DNA of 64,000 nucleotides from Alphaproteobacteria bacterium (GCA_963422645.2 CAXXVO010000018.1:104700-168699), one strand, 5' to 3'. Positions 54,501 to 63,908 are shown, counted from the stretch's first letter. A program made the numbers and translations. The notes: a model not told the origin generated them from the letters alone.

Positions 54501-55495
54501 AGGGCTTCCCGACACGGGCGCCGATGCAGCTCGAGGATCGCCCCCGGGCGCAACAGTGGATGGTGGACACGCTGTGGGCCGAGCAGGCCGTGGGCATCGT
54601 CGGCGGCGAGCCCAAGTGCGGCAAATCCCTGCTCGCGCTCGATCTCGCCGTCGCCGTGGCCACCGGCGTCCCATGCCTGCGCCACTACCGCCCCAGCGCA
54701 AGCGGCACCGTGCTGCTCTTCGCCGCCGAGGACGCCGGCCACAGGGTGCGCAAGCGTCTGCAGGGGATCGCCCGCGCCGCCGCCACCCCCTTCGACGAAC
54801 TCGACATCGCCGTCATCGACGTGCCCACCCTGCGTCTCGACCAGCGCATCGACCGTCAGCGCCTGCAGGAGACCGTGGAGCGCATCGAACCGCGCCTCCT
54901 GATCCTCGATCCCCTGGTCCGCCTGCACAGCGTCGACGAGAACGCCGTCGCAGAGATCGCCCCCATCCTCGGCTTCCTGCGCGAACTGCAGCGCCGCTTC
55001 GAAACCGCCGTCCTCCTCGTCCACCACGCCCGCAAGAGCGGCGGCACCCGGCCGGGGCAGGCCCTGCGCGGGAGCAGCGAGCTGCACGCTTGGGGTGACT
55101 CAAATCTGTACCTGCGCCGGCGCGACAAGAAGATCGTCATGACGGTCGAGCAGCGCGACGCCCGGGGCCTCAACGACATCGAGCTGGAACTCGTCGACGG
55201 CGGACATGGGCCGGCCTTCCGTCTGCACCAGGACGCGGCAGATGAAGACAGGCACGAGCCCGCCACCGTCGAGCAGCGCGTCTTCAAGGCGATCGAGCAG
55301 GCCGAAAAGCCGCTCTCGAAAGCCCAGATCCGCTCACGCGCCGCTGCCCGCAACGCCACCGTCGTTGCCGCCATCGAGAGCCTCACCAGGGAGGGGCGCA
55401 TCGAACGGGCGCCCAGGGGTGGCTATCGCCTCGCAGCCGCCGAGGCGCACCGGGAGCCGCAATCCCCTGCCGCCATCAACGGAAGTGCGGGATGA
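54497..55495 (+). CDS. AAA_25 / RepA-like RecA-fold helicase with C-terminal winged HTH
   Basis: GEPKCGKS, FAAED, LLILDPL, VHHARK, LRGSS; GTGA overlap with the ExeA-like gene. Confidence 0.82.
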   Translation: MKGFPTRAPMQLEDRPRAQQWMVDTLWAEQAVGIVGGEPKCGKSLLALDLAVAVATGVPCLRHYRPSASGTVLLFAAEDAGHRVRKRLQGIARAAATPFDELDIAVIDVPTLRLDQRIDRQRLQETVERIEPRLLILDPLVRLHSVDENAVAEIAPILGFLRELQRRFETAVLLVHHARKSGGTRPGQALRGSSELHAWGDSNLYLRRRDKKIVMTVEQRDARGLNDIELELVDGGHGPAFRLHQDAADEDRHEPATVEQRVFKAIEQAEKPLSKAQIRSRAAARNATVVAAIESLTREGRIERAPRGGYRLAAAEAHREPQSPAAINGSAG

Positions 55496-55556
55496 GGCGT
55501 TCCCGTTCCCGTTCCCGGAACTCTTAAGCGTTGAAGGGTACAGGAACGGGAACGCC
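55496..55556. repeat. Inverted repeat with GTTCCC iterons (candidate origin)
   Basis: GGCGTTCCCGTTCC (55496-55509) and GGAACGGGAACGCC (55543-55556) form a perfect 14-bp IR; three tandem GTTCCC; AT-richer spacer. Confidence 0.6.
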
Positions 55557-55597
55557 GTCAGCCTCCCTTCCAAGCAGACCTTCGCCGGGACCCGGCA

Positions 55598-56467
55598 ATG
55601 AGCGGCGGCGATCCCCTGGCCACCTGCCGCAACATCCCCCTCGACCGGGTCGCCGCCGCCCTCGGCTACCGCAGAGACCCGACCGACCGGGCGCGCTTCA
55701 AGCGCGGGGGCTCGGTCATCAGCATCAACGGCGAGAAGTTCTTCGATCACCTGCGCGGCACGGGAGGGGGTGGCGCCATCGACCTCGTCATCCATGCGAC
55801 GGGATGCCGCTTCCCGGAAGCCCTCCGCTTCCTCGGAAGCCATGAGGGGCGGAGGGAGATCACCACCATCCCAGCCGCCCCGCGACGCCTGCGGCTGCCA
55901 AGGCCCAGTCCCCGCGCCTGGCCCAGGGTCCGGGACGCCCTCATCCGCCAACGCGCTATCGGCACCGACGTGCTCGAAGCCTGCCACGGCCGAGGCCTCC
56001 TCTACGCCGATGACAGGATCAACGCCGTCTTCATCTGCCGAAACGCCAGCGGGCACACGACCGGCGCCGAGATCCTCGGCACCGCGCCGCAGCCCGGAAC
56101 AAAACGCTTCAGGGGCATGGCCCCGGGATCGCGCAAGGCGCGTGGCGGCTTCTGGCTCCACTGCGACCGAAACCAGCCCGCCCTCGTCATCCTCACCGAG
56201 AGCGCCGTCGACGCCATCTCTGCACGAAGCCTGCGCGTCGAGGGGACGCGCGAGAACGGCGCCGTCGTCGCCTCAACCGCCGGCATCGCCAGCTCGGTCC
56301 CGCCCTGGATCAAGGAGTGGAAGCCACGTCGCATCGTCTGTGCCTACGACGCAGACAGCGCCGGCGACACTGCCGCCGAGCATCTCGTGCTCAACGATCC
56401 AAGGGTGAAAAGGTTGCGCCCACGACACGCCAAGGACTGGAACGAGATGCTCCTGCGGTCTCGATGA
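55598..56467 (+). CDS. TOPRIM-domain primase-like protein (DUF3991-type)
   Basis: GGGAIDLV N-domain, TESAVDAIS (Toprim Glu), AYDADSAG (DxD), KDWNE. Confidence 0.85.
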   Translation: MSGGDPLATCRNIPLDRVAAALGYRRDPTDRARFKRGGSVISINGEKFFDHLRGTGGGGAIDLVIHATGCRFPEALRFLGSHEGRREITTIPAAPRRLRLPRPSPRAWPRVRDALIRQRAIGTDVLEACHGRGLLYADDRINAVFICRNASGHTTGAEILGTAPQPGTKRFRGMAPGSRKARGGFWLHCDRNQPALVILTESAVDAISARSLRVEGTRENGAVVASTAGIASSVPPWIKEWKPRRIVCAYDADSAGDTAAEHLVLNDPRVKRLRPRHAKDWNEMLLRSR

Positions 56468-56563
56468 AAGCCAGGCCACTCACCGCTCTCGCAGATCAAC
56501 CAAGCGCCGCATCACGAACATCAAATAATCCGAAAACCGCACCATCAAATGCTGGGCGCACGC

Positions 56564-57526
56564 TCAGCGCTACGACAGCCTGAGGGAGGCCGGTCATGGA
56601 GCGTCATGATGTGCTGGAGATGATGACCCAGCTGAAGCTCGCAGGTATGCGCGCCGCTTACGACGACATCCTTGCCGACGGGCTCAAGCGCCGCCATCCG
56701 GTGCAACAGATCATCGGTACGCTGCTGCAGGTCGAGATCGCCGACAAGAGGGCCCGCTCGATCAAGTACCAGATGGCCTCCGCCAAGCTGCCGACGGTCA
56801 AGGAGCTGGCCGACTTCGACTTCGCCGCCTCGCCGGTCAACGAGCCCCTGATCCAGGAGCTCGCCGGCGGCGGCTTCCTCGAGGGCAAACGCAACATCGT
56901 GCTGGTCGGCGGCACCGGTACCGGCAAGACCCATCTCGCCGTCGCCATCGCGCGGTCCTGCATCCGCAAGGGCGCGCGCGGCCGGTGCTACAACGTCGTC
57001 GACCTGGTCAACCTCCTCGAGGCCGAGCTTCGCGCCGGACGCCAGGGCCGCACTGCAGACCAGCTCGTCCGCCGCGACTTCGTCATCCTCGACGAGCTCG
57101 GCTACCTGCCCTTCGCCCAGGCCGGTGGGCAGCTGCTCTTCCATCTGATGAGCCGGCTCTACGAGCGCACCTCGATCGTCATCACCACAAACCTCGCCTT
57201 CGGCGAATGGCCATCCGTCTTCGGCGACCCCAAGATGACCACAGCGCTGCTCGATCGCCTCACCCATCATTGCGAGATCATCGAGACCGGCAACGAGAGC
57301 TGGCGCTTCAAGAACCGCTCCTGACCCGCCGCCGGCCTCCCTTGCGGCCCGGTTGCCCCGGTGGGCCAACAGGGACCCCCCACGCGGCTTCGCTCCGCGT
57401 AGCGCAGGGCGCCACACGAAGCCGCGCGGGTCCCCCCTATTGGCTACCGGGACAACCTCCGCCGTGCCACTCAGGGGGGTCAATTTTGCACGCCGATCGG
57501 GGGTCAGTATTGAAAGCCGATTGACA
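56564..57526 (+). mobile_element. Truncated IS21 copy (istA tail, istB, right end)
   Basis: 963 bp matching 35031-35993 by inspection; ends TTGACA. Confidence 0.93.
56596..57324 (+). CDS. istB: IS21 helper ATPase IstB (second copy)
   Basis: Translation identical to 35063-35791. Confidence 0.96.
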   Translation: MERHDVLEMMTQLKLAGMRAAYDDILADGLKRRHPVQQIIGTLLQVEIADKRARSIKYQMASAKLPTVKELADFDFAASPVNEPLIQELAGGGFLEGKRNIVLVGGTGTGKTHLAVAIARSCIRKGARGRCYNVVDLVNLLEAELRAGRQGRTADQLVRRDFVILDELGYLPFAQAGGQLLFHLMSRLYERTSIVITTNLAFGEWPSVFGDPKMTTALLDRLTHHCEIIETGNESWRFKNRS

Positions 57527-58249
57527 CCCATCCGCCTCCGTGTTGCCGATCAGTCCCTGACGGCGCCACTTGTTGACCGATGGCGCTGACACGCCGAGAA
57601 CCCGGGCCGCCGCAGAGCCGCTCAGGCCCGATGCCAGCAACGCCGTCGCCTTCTCCGCCAACTCCGGAGTGAACACCGACGGCCCGCGACCGCGCCGGGG
57701 CTTCATGAACCCCGCTTCGCCCTCGGCCAGGTAGCGCCGTCGTGCGCGCTGCACCGTCGCGCGCGAGACAGCGAAAGCGTCAGCCAGTTCCTGCGGCGAG
57801 ACCGCGCTGATCGCCGCGAGGCGGCCGATCCGCAAGAGCATGGCCGTGCGGTCATCGGCGGCGTGGCTGTCAAAGGGAATGAGGTTGGAAAAGTAGGTGA
57901 AGGTGTCGTCCGAGATCAGGACGGCGAAGCAGCTGTTGCCGATCGAGACCGCCTCTGGAGGGCACATTGGGAGGGTACTGGGCATGGTTGAGACCGTGCA
58001 ATTGGTATCAAATTATAATATCAGACCTCGGGCGCGACACCCAGCGAAAAACCGCCTGAAACAACCGAAATGTATCAGAATTCAAGGAGTTCCCGGCACG
58101 CTGCCCAGAACAGCCAGCATCACGAGGTCAGGAAGTCTGAATCTATACAGTCAAGCGGGGATCAACGACGCGCCGACGGCGAAACGGCACCGACGGCAAG
58201 CAACATCAGCACGCACTCAGAACTGGCGGCGGGGTACCTGGGTAGTTAC
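57527..58249 (-). mobile_element. Left-end stub of an IS with an HTH-rich transposase, truncated by IS21
   Basis: End GTAACTACCCAGGTACCCC at 58231-58249 (- strand); ORF from 57985 with two HTH-like segments (AVSRATVQRARRRY, GVSAPSVNKW) runs into the IS21 end. Confidence 0.7.
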
Positions 58250-58278
58250 GATTATAGTACGGCATTATCGACACTCTC

Positions 58279-59492
58279 CTAGGTTGACTGCGGCGTGATC
58301 GGTGCATGTTCAGCACCAAACTCCCCCCTTATCGCCTCGCTCTGCTCGCCCAGCGCGGGGACGGGGCGGAGGGGGCGGGGGGCGTCGGCGTGGCGGGCGG
58401 GGGGTGCGACGATCTCCACCGTGCCGGCGGGCGTCGCCACCCGCGCACGGCGGAGCTGCGGGTGCGCGGAAAGCCCCGCGACCTCGTTGAGCCGGCCGAA
58501 GGCGATCCCCGCCTCGCGCAAGGCGCCCGCGAGCGAGTCCATGGTGTGCCCGGCGAAGGCTGCGACGATCAACGCGTCCATCTCGGGCCGGTTCGCCCGG
58601 CGAAGGCTGCGCCGATCAACGCGTCCATCTCGGGCCGGTTCGCGAGCCGGGCCGGGTGGCCCGCGAAGCGCGCGTCGGTGGTGAGCGCCGCATCGCCCAG
58701 GATGTGCTCGCAGAAGCGCGCCCATTCGCGCTCGTTCTGGATCGCGATCACCATCCGGCCGCCGTCGCCCACCGGATAGGCGCCGTAGGGCGCGATCATG
58801 GCGTGGCTGAGCCCGGTGCGCGGCGGCGCCTTGCCGCCGTGCTCCAGGTGCAGCAATGGCACGGTCATCCAGTCCGCCATGCCGTCGAAGAGCGAGACCC
58901 TGATGCCGCTGCCGCGGCCCGTGCGCTGGCGCCCGATCACCGCCTCCAGGATCGCGCCGTAGGCGTTGAGCCCGGCCCCGATGTCGCAGACCGAGACCCC
59001 GACCCGGCTCGCGGACTCCGGCATGCCGGTCACCGACGCGATCCCCGATTCGCACTGGATCAGGAAGTCGTAGGCCTTCATCGCGGCATAGGGGCCGCTC
59101 TCGCCGTAGCCGCTGATGTCGCAGGTGATGAGGCGCGGATGCCGGCGCCGCAGCTCGTCCGAATCGAAGCCCGCCCGCGCCGCCGCGCCCGGCGCGAGGT
59201 TCTGCACGAACACGTCCGCGCGCGCGACGATGCGGTGCAGGAGCGCGTTGTCGCCCGCGTCCTTGATGTCGAGGACGACGGATTCCTTGCCCCGGTTGAG
59301 CCAGACGAACCAGGCGCATTCGCCGCCCACGTGGCGGTCGTAGTAGCGGGCGAAGTCGCCTTCCGGCCGCTCCACCTTGATCACGCGGGCGCCCGCGTCG
59401 GCGAGCCGGCAGGTCACGAAGGGCGCGGCCACGGCCTGCTCGACCGAGACCACCAGAATGCCCGCAAGCGGCCCGTCGGCGGCTTCGTTCAT
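58279..59492 (-). pseudogene. CaiB/BaiF family III CoA-transferase, frameshifted
   Basis: EQAVAAP, GARVIKVE, LNRGKES, ADVFVQN, KAYD; 47-bp tandem duplication at 58548-58641 shifts the frame; C-terminus VPALGEQS is in another frame. Confidence 0.85.
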
Positions 59493-59513
59493 CGCCGCGC
59501 GGCCTCTGCGAGG

Positions 59514-60695
59514 CTAATACGAGCGCGGCATGCCGAGCACATGCTGGCCGAGGTAGGCGAGGACGAGGTTGGTCGAGATCGGCGCGACGCGGTAGAGCCG
59601 GGCCTCGCGGAACTTGCGCTCCACGTCGTATTCCTCGGCGAAGCCGAAGCCGCCGTGGGTCTGCAGGCAGGTGTCGGCGGACTTCCACGAGGCCTCCGCC
59701 GCGAGCAGCTTCGCCATGTTGGCCTCGGGCCCGCAGGCGCGGCCCGCGTCGAAGAGCGCTGCGGCCTTCTGCACCATCAGCCGCGCGGCCTCCATCTGCG
59801 CATAGGCCTCGGCGATGGGGAACTGCACGCCCTGGTTGGCCCCGATGGGTCGGCCGAAGACCTGGCGCTCGGTGGCGTAGGCACTCGCCTTCTCGATGAA
59901 CCAGCGGCAGTCGCCGATGCACTCGGCCGCGATCAGGATGCGTTCGGCGTTCATGCCGTCCAGGATGTAGCGAAAGCCCCGGCCTTCCTCGCCGATCAGG
60001 CTCGCGGCGGGGATCACCAGATCGTCGAAGAAGAGCTCCGTGGTCGCGTGGTTGATCATGGTACGGATCGGCCTGATTTCGAGCCCCTTGCCGACCGCAT
60101 GCTCCAGCTCGACCAGGAAGACGGACAAGCCCTCGGTGCGCTTCTTGGTCTGCGCCGCCGGCGTGGTGCGGGCGAGGAGGAGGAGCAGGTCGGAGTGCTC
60201 GGCCCGCGAGATCCAGACCTTCTGGCCGTTCACGGTGTAATCGCCGTCCGCGCGCCGCTCGGCGGTGGTCCGCAGCTGGGTGGTGTCCGAGCCCGTGGTG
60301 GGCTCGGTGACGCCGAAGGCCTGCAGCCGGCGCGCCCCGCTCGCGATCTGCGGCAGGTAGGTCTCCTTCTGCTTGTCGGAGCCATGCCTGAGCACCGTGC
60401 CCATGGTGTACATCTGGGCGTGGCAGGCGCCGCCGTTGCAGCCCGACGCATGGATTTCCTCCAGGATCGCCGCACCCGCGCCGACGCCGAGGCCGCTCCC
60501 GCCGTATCGTTCGGGGATCAGCGCGGCCAAGAAACCCGCGTCGGTCAGCGCCTGCACGAACTCGCCTGGGTAGGCGCGCTCGCGGTCCTTCTCCCGCCAG
60601 TACTCGCCGGGGTAGCGCGCGCACAGCGCCCGGACCGGCTCGCGCAGCTCGCGGTGGTCGTCGTCGAGGTCGATGAAGGCGGGGCGCTCGCTCAT
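59514..60695 (-). CDS. Acyl-CoA dehydrogenase
   Basis: IPERYGG, FGVTEPTTGSD, NGQKVWIS, RQVFGRPIG, QTHGGFGF. Confidence 0.94.
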   Translation of the reverse strand: MSERPAFIDLDDDHRELREPVRALCARYPGEYWREKDRERAYPGEFVQALTDAGFLAALIPERYGGSGLGVGAGAAILEEIHASGCNGGACHAQMYTMGTVLRHGSDKQKETYLPQIASGARRLQAFGVTEPTTGSDTTQLRTTAERRADGDYTVNGQKVWISRAEHSDLLLLLARTTPAAQTKKRTEGLSVFLVELEHAVGKGLEIRPIRTMINHATTELFFDDLVIPAASLIGEEGRGFRYILDGMNAERILIAAECIGDCRWFIEKASAYATERQVFGRPIGANQGVQFPIAEAYAQMEAARLMVQKAAALFDAGRACGPEANMAKLLAAEASWKSADTCLQTHGGFGFAEEYDVERKFREARLYRVAPISTNLVLAYLGQHVLGMPRSY

Positions 60696-62515
60696 TCCAC
60701 GGTTACCGATTTCGCCAGGTTGCGGGGCTGATCCACGTCGGTCCCCTTGAGCACCGCCACATGGTAGGCGATGAGCTGGACCGGGATCGCGTAGAGGATG
60801 GGGGCGACGAAGGGGTCGAGCGCGGGCAGCGCGACGGTGTCCGCCGCGAGCGGCGCCAGCGCCTCGCAGCCCTCAGCATCGCTGATGACCACGACGTGGG
60901 CGCCGCGCGCCGCCGCCTCCCGCAGGTTCGACGCCGTCTTGTCGAAGAGCGGGCCGGGCGGCGCCACCACGATCACCGGCACACCGCGGTCGACCAGCGC
61001 GATCGGGCCGTGCTTGAGCTCGCCGGCCGCAAACCCCTCGGCATGAATGTAAGAGAGCTCCTTGAGCTTGAGCGCCCCTTCCATGGCGATGGGGTAGCCG
61101 GTGCCGCGCCCGATGTAGAGCACCGTCTCGGCCTGGCGCAGGGTCTCGGCCAGCGCGAGGATGCGCTCGTCGTAGCCCAGCGCGTCTGCCGCATGGGCCG
61201 GCACGTGGGCGAGCGCCGCGGTGAGCCGGGCTTCCTCCGCCTCGTCGATGGCGCCGCGTGCGCGGGCCAGCGCGATGGCGAAGCAGGCAAGCGTCACGAG
61301 CTGGGTGGTGAACGCCTTGGTCGACGCCACCCCGATCTCGACCCCGGCATGGGTGGGGAGCAGCGCGTCCGCCTCGCGCGCCATGGTGCTCTCGCGCACG
61401 TTCACCACCGCCGCGGTCGGCGCGCCGGCCTCCTTGGCGAAGCGGAGCGCCGCCAGCGTGTCGGCGGTCTCGCCGGACTGCGAGATGAAGAGCGCCACGC
61501 TGCCCTCCGCCAGCGGCGGCGCGCGGTAGCGGAACTCGGACGCGATGTCGATCTCGACCGGCACCCGCGCGCTCTGCTCGATCCAGTAGCGGGCGGCGAG
61601 GCCGGCGTAGTAGGAGGTGCCGCAGGCGACGATGGTCACCCGCTCCACGCGCTCCAGCGCGAAGGGGAGGGCGGGGAGCGCCACCCTCTGCGCCCCCGGG
61701 TTGTAGTAGGCCCCCAGCGTGTCGCCGATGGCGCTCGGCTGCTCGAAGATCTCCTTCAGCATGTAGTGGCGGTAGTTGCCCTTGCCGATCATGGCGCCGT
61801 CGTGGGCGGTGATACTCTCTGGCCGCGTGACCGGCCGGCCGCTCGCCTCGCGCACCGTCGCCGCACCGGGCCGCAGCACCGCCCAGTCGCCCTCGTCGAG
61901 GTAGCTGATTCGCCGCGTGAAGGGCGCGAGCGCCAGCGCGTCGGATGCGAGATAGGTGGCGTCGTCGCCGTGGCCGATGGCGAGCGGCGAGCCCTGCCGG
62001 GCGCCGATCAGGAGCCCCGCGTGCCCGGCGAAGATGATGGCGAGCGCGAAGGCGCCTTCGAGCTGCGCGAGCGCCTCAGCCGTGGCGGCCTCCGGATCGA
62101 GGCCGCGTTCCATGTGGAGGTCGATGAGGTGCGGGACCACCTCCGTATCGGTGTCGGAGCTGAGCTCCCGCCCCTCCGCCTCCAGCGCGGCCCGCAGCTC
62201 GCGGTAGTTCTCGATGATGCCGTTGTGGACCACCGCGACGCGGCCGGCGGCATGGGGGTGGGCGTTGGTCTCGCTGGGCTCGCCATGGGTCGCCCAGCGG
62301 GTGTGGCCGATCCCCACGGTACCGCTGACCGGGCGCTCAGCCACCAGACGCTCAAGCTCGCTGAGCTTGCCCTCGGCGCGGCGCAGCTCGATGGAGCCGT
62401 TGACGAGCGTGGCGAGCCCCGCCGAATCGTAGCCCCGGTATTCGAGCCGCCTCAGCCCGTCGAGGATGTGCGGCGCCGCCTGATCCGGTCCGGTAACGCC
62501 GATGATTCCGCACAC
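60692..62515 (-). CDS. glmS: Glutamine--fructose-6-phosphate aminotransferase
   Basis: CGIIG, EYRGYDSAG, GHTRWATHG, SQSGET, ELKHGP, DQPRNLAKSVTVE. Confidence 0.97.
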   Translation of the reverse strand: MCGIIGVTGPDQAAPHILDGLRRLEYRGYDSAGLATLVNGSIELRRAEGKLSELERLVAERPVSGTVGIGHTRWATHGEPSETNAHPHAAGRVAVVHNGIIENYRELRAALEAEGRELSSDTDTEVVPHLIDLHMERGLDPEAATAEALAQLEGAFALAIIFAGHAGLLIGARQGSPLAIGHGDDATYLASDALALAPFTRRISYLDEGDWAVLRPGAATVREASGRPVTRPESITAHDGAMIGKGNYRHYMLKEIFEQPSAIGDTLGAYYNPGAQRVALPALPFALERVERVTIVACGTSYYAGLAARYWIEQSARVPVEIDIASEFRYRAPPLAEGSVALFISQSGETADTLAALRFAKEAGAPTAAVVNVRESTMAREADALLPTHAGVEIGVASTKAFTTQLVTLACFAIALARARGAIDEAEEARLTAALAHVPAHAADALGYDERILALAETLRQAETVLYIGRGTGYPIAMEGALKLKELSYIHAEGFAAGELKHGPIALVDRGVPVIVVAPPGPLFDKTASNLREAAARGAHVVVISDAEGCEALAPLAADTVALPALDPFVAPILYAIPVQLIAYHVAVLKGTDVDQPRNLAKSVTVE

Positions 62516-62543
62516 AGCTCCGGCTCTCCCCTCGCGCTCGCCG

Positions 62544-63908
62544 CTACTTCTTTGGCGGGATGGGCTCGCGCCGCTCGCGCCGCTCGCGCCGCCGCGCCGC
62601 CGCGCCCTCGCGCTGGCGCTGCTCGCCCCTGGCGACGGCGATGGCGTCCGCCTCCACGTCCTCGGTGATGACGCTGCCGGCGCCCACCACCGCGCCGGGG
62701 CCGACCGTCACCGGCGCCACCAGCGCCGTGTTGGAGCCGATGAAGGCGCCTGCGCCGATCTCGGTGCGGGACTTCTTGTAGCCGTCGTAGTTGCAGGTGA
62801 TCGTGCCCGCGCCGATGTTGGCGCCAGCGCCGACGCCGGCGTCGCCGACGTAGCTCAGGTGGTTGATCTTGGCGCCCCGCGCGACCGTGCTGTTCTTCAC
62901 CTCGACGAAGTTGCCGACGCGGGCGCCTTCGCCGATGTCGCTGCCCGGCCGGAGCCGCGCGAAGGGGCCGATCGTGGCGCCCTTCCGCACGCAGACCCCC
63001 TCCAGGTGGCTGAAGGGCCTAATCTCGACCTCGTCCTCGATGACGACACCGGGGCCGATGACGACGTTGGGCCCGACGGTCACATCGGCGCCTAAGCGCG
63101 TGTCGCAACTCAGCCAGACTGTGGCCGGGTCGACGAGCGTCGCGCCCCCCTCCACCGCGGCCCGGCGCAGCCGGTCCTGAATGACCCGCTCGGCCTCGGC
63201 AAGCTGGACCCGGTCGTTGATGCCCATGACCTCCTCGGCAGGCGCCTCGGCGACCGCGCAACGGCCGCCCTCGGCGGCGACGATGGCGGGAAGGTCGGTG
63301 AGGTAATATTCGCCCTTGGCGTTGTCGTTGCCGATGGCGTCGAGCAGGGGGAAGAGCCGGCGCCCGTCGATCGCCATCATGCCGGCGTTGCAAAGCGTGA
63401 CCGCGCGCTCCTCTTCGCTCGCCTCGGCGTACTCCACGATGCGCGCGAGCGTGCCGTCCGACGCCAGAATCAGGCGGCCGTATTCCGCGGGGTCATCCGG
63501 GCGAAAACCCAGCACCGCGGCGACGACGCCCTCGCCATCGCGCCGCGCCTCGATGAGCCTCGCCAGGGTTTCGGCGCAGACCAGGGGCGTGTCCGCGTAG
63601 AGCACGAGCACGTCGCCCCCAAAATCCTCCAGAAGCGGGCGGGTCTCGGCCACCGCGTGCGCGGTGCCGAGCGGCTCCTCCTGCATCACGCAGGCGACCG
63701 CCTCTCCCACGCCTTCCAAACCGGCGGCCGCGCCCTCCAACTCGGGTCCGATCACCAGCACCGTGCGATCGGGCGCAAGCGCACGGGCGATGGCCAGCGC
63801 GTGCTCCACCATCGGCCGCCCGGCCAGGGGGTGGAGGACCTTCGGCTGGGCCGAGCGCATGCGCGTGCCCTTGCCCGCCGCCAGCACGACGCAAGCAAGC
63901 CCGCTCAC
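62544..63908 (-). CDS. glmU: Bifunctional UDP-GlcNAc pyrophosphorylase / glucosamine-1-phosphate acetyltransferase
   Basis: LAAGKGTRM, NAKGEYYLTD, GPFARLRP, GNFVEVK, HLSYVGD, TCNYDG. Confidence 0.97.
   Translation of the reverse strand: MSGLACVVLAAGKGTRMRSAQPKVLHPLAGRPMVEHALAIARALAPDRTVLVIGPELEGAAAGLEGVGEAVACVMQEEPLGTAHAVAETRPLLEDFGGDVLVLYADTPLVCAETLARLIEARRDGEGVVAAVLGFRPDDPAEYGRLILASDGTLARIVEYAEASEEERAVTLCNAGMMAIDGRRLFPLLDAIGNDNAKGEYYLTDLPAIVAAEGGRCAVAEAPAEEVMGINDRVQLAEAERVIQDRLRRAAVEGGATLVDPATVWLSCDTRLGADVTVGPNVVIGPGVVIEDEVEIRPFSHLEGVCVRKGATIGPFARLRPGSDIGEGARVGNFVEVKNSTVARGAKINHLSYVGDAGVGAGANIGAGTITCNYDGYKKSRTEIGAGAFIGSNTALVAPVTVGPGAVVGAGSVITEDVEADAIAVARGEQRQREGAAARRRERRERREPIPPKK

Larger units (their letters stand above)
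51378..56566 (+). mobile_element. Five-gene DDE/ExeA transposon carrying a helicase-primase module
   Basis: Termini TGAGCG(C/T)GCGC inverted (TG...CA); internal inverted motif at 51421-51437 and 56517-56533; lies between the MuF break and the istA break; no TSD. Confidence 0.72.

Noticed and set aside
53387-55495. 702-aa ORF as a single fusion protein
   Set aside because: The first 370 codons overlap the transposase and ATPase in another frame and are low-complexity Arg/Pro/Ala; the real gene most likely starts at GTG 54497
58279-60624. 781-aa ORF
   Set aside because: Off-frame shadow of the dehydrogenase and CoA-transferase; only its last part is the true CoA-transferase C-terminus after the frameshift
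60640-60700. Tn7-like insertion at attTn7 downstream of glmS
   Set aside because: glmS runs straight into the acyl-CoA dehydrogenase; no transposon end there and the mobile island is 2.4 kb away
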